A stretch of 64,000 nt of DNA from an uncultured Planctomycetota bacterium (GTDB lineage Bacteria > Planctomycetota > Planctomycetia > Pirellulales > Lacipirellulaceae): positions 1,408,001 through 1,472,000 of the forward strand of contig CAVRBU010000002.1 in the NCBI GenBank assembly GCA_963719315.1, read 5' to 3'. The position numbers and the translations under genes are program-made. Numbering within the stretch: position 1 is the first letter of the stretch; every line of letters starts with the position of its first letter. Below are positions 63,255-64,000 of the stretch, piece by piece. The notes under the pieces are model-generated. The model made no database searches, was not told the DNA's origin, and saw only the letters and a program-made list of their open reading frames with translations.

Positions 63255-63731
63255 TTATGGCGATAATAGCTCTGACCCCTTGATCCTTGCAAACTTTACA
63301 TATCCATCATGATCAATGGATAAAATCCAAGTCAATGACTCATCAAAAACGTCAATATCGTCGCTACCTGGATACCAAATATCGTGGAAGTGCCTGGCGA
63401 GATCAGACAATAACATACAGTCCACAACGTCGAAACGATACCAATTGATAAAGACGGATTCTTGCGGACGAATTTTGAGTGAGGAAACTAGCGCCGCAAG
63501 ATTGAAGCTATCGGCGTTCGCGGTTACATGCTCGTACGCCCTTTGCAATTTAGCGACCTCACAAACAATCGCCAAACTACTAGGGCTGCGAACATCGCTG
63601 TCATCGGGAAAGAGGCTATTCCTTAGCCGTTTTCGGATGTCATTACACGCTTCCGAACTTAGATGTTGAAGAGTCGGGAAAGACATCTCAGGATGATCCT
63701 GAGCAAAATGCTCGATCTTGAATTGATCCAC
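63255..63731 (-). CDS. Hypothetical protein, possibly orphan immunity-type
   Basis: 158-aa AT-rich ORF with DIWYPGSDDIDVFD..WILSIDHDG; GAGGG RBS. Confidence 0.6.
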   Translation of the reverse strand: MDQFKIEHFAQDHPEMSFPTLQHLSSEACNDIRKRLRNSLFPDDSDVRSPSSLAIVCEVAKLQRAYEHVTANADSFNLAALVSSLKIRPQESVFINWYRFDVVDCMLLSDLARHFHDIWYPGSDDIDVFDESLTWILSIDHDGYVKFARIKGSELLSP

Positions 63732-63901
63732 GTTTCCCTCTATTTTGGCTCTACGATTGGGGACGGAAATCGGACGGAAATCGAATCAGAACGATTTATT
63801 CAAATCCTGATCCCATACGTTTATTCTGCGCATGCCGTGGTTGCGGCGGCTACGCCCAGCCGCGTTCGCCCCAACGTTCGTCAGATTCGAGCACATGGTC
63901 A

Positions 63902-63976
63902 ACCTCGGATTACACCGCTCGCACGGATAAGATTCAGTCTCGCAACCTGATCCGTGCCATCCGAGCTATCCGTGGT
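63902..63976. repeat. CACGGAT-type REP-like palindrome
   Basis: ACCTCGGATTACACCG..CACGGAT ... ATCCGTGCCATCCGAGCTATCCGTGGT. Confidence 0.65.
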
Positions 63977-64000
63977 CACAAAAAACACCGCTAACGGCCG

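Noticed and set aside
63988..64000. GTTAGC at the window edge (minus strand) as an integron attC end
   Set aside because: It is truncated, does not fit GTTRRRY, and no partner box or cassette array is visible.

Overview
Bacterial DNA whose gene content suggests a Planctomycete (Pirellulales/Lacipirellula-like): PEP-CTERM proteins, sulfatases, DUF1570 and an ECF-sigma/Ser-Thr kinase cluster. The taxon is inferred. Many genes carry isolated 1-2 bp frame breaks, probably sequencing/assembly indels. Layout: (1) 1-15 kb holds M50 protease, Hsp20, an FAD monooxygenase, a CLC channel and a MoxR-DUF58-Bat operon. (2) An IS21 sits next to a candidate structured RNA. (3) A ~5.3 kb integrase-less island is inserted in the anticodon loop of tRNA-Arg(CCT). 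It leaves the host gene as two separated halves and carries its own complete, inverted tRNA-Arg(CCT). Both of its cargo genes are interrupted by IS5-family elements. This island is the most striking system in the window. (4) 23-52 kb is core-like, with an ECF/STK/FHA operon and two low-complexity secreted proteins that share a candidate ECF promoter. (5) 52-64 kb is a mosaic accessory region with an ISAs1 remnant, an IS630 nested in an IS66, a tmRNA 3'-end att site, an RHS fragment, an IS1182-like element and a lectin-PEP-CTERM gene. All calls come from reading the sequence; no database searches were run.
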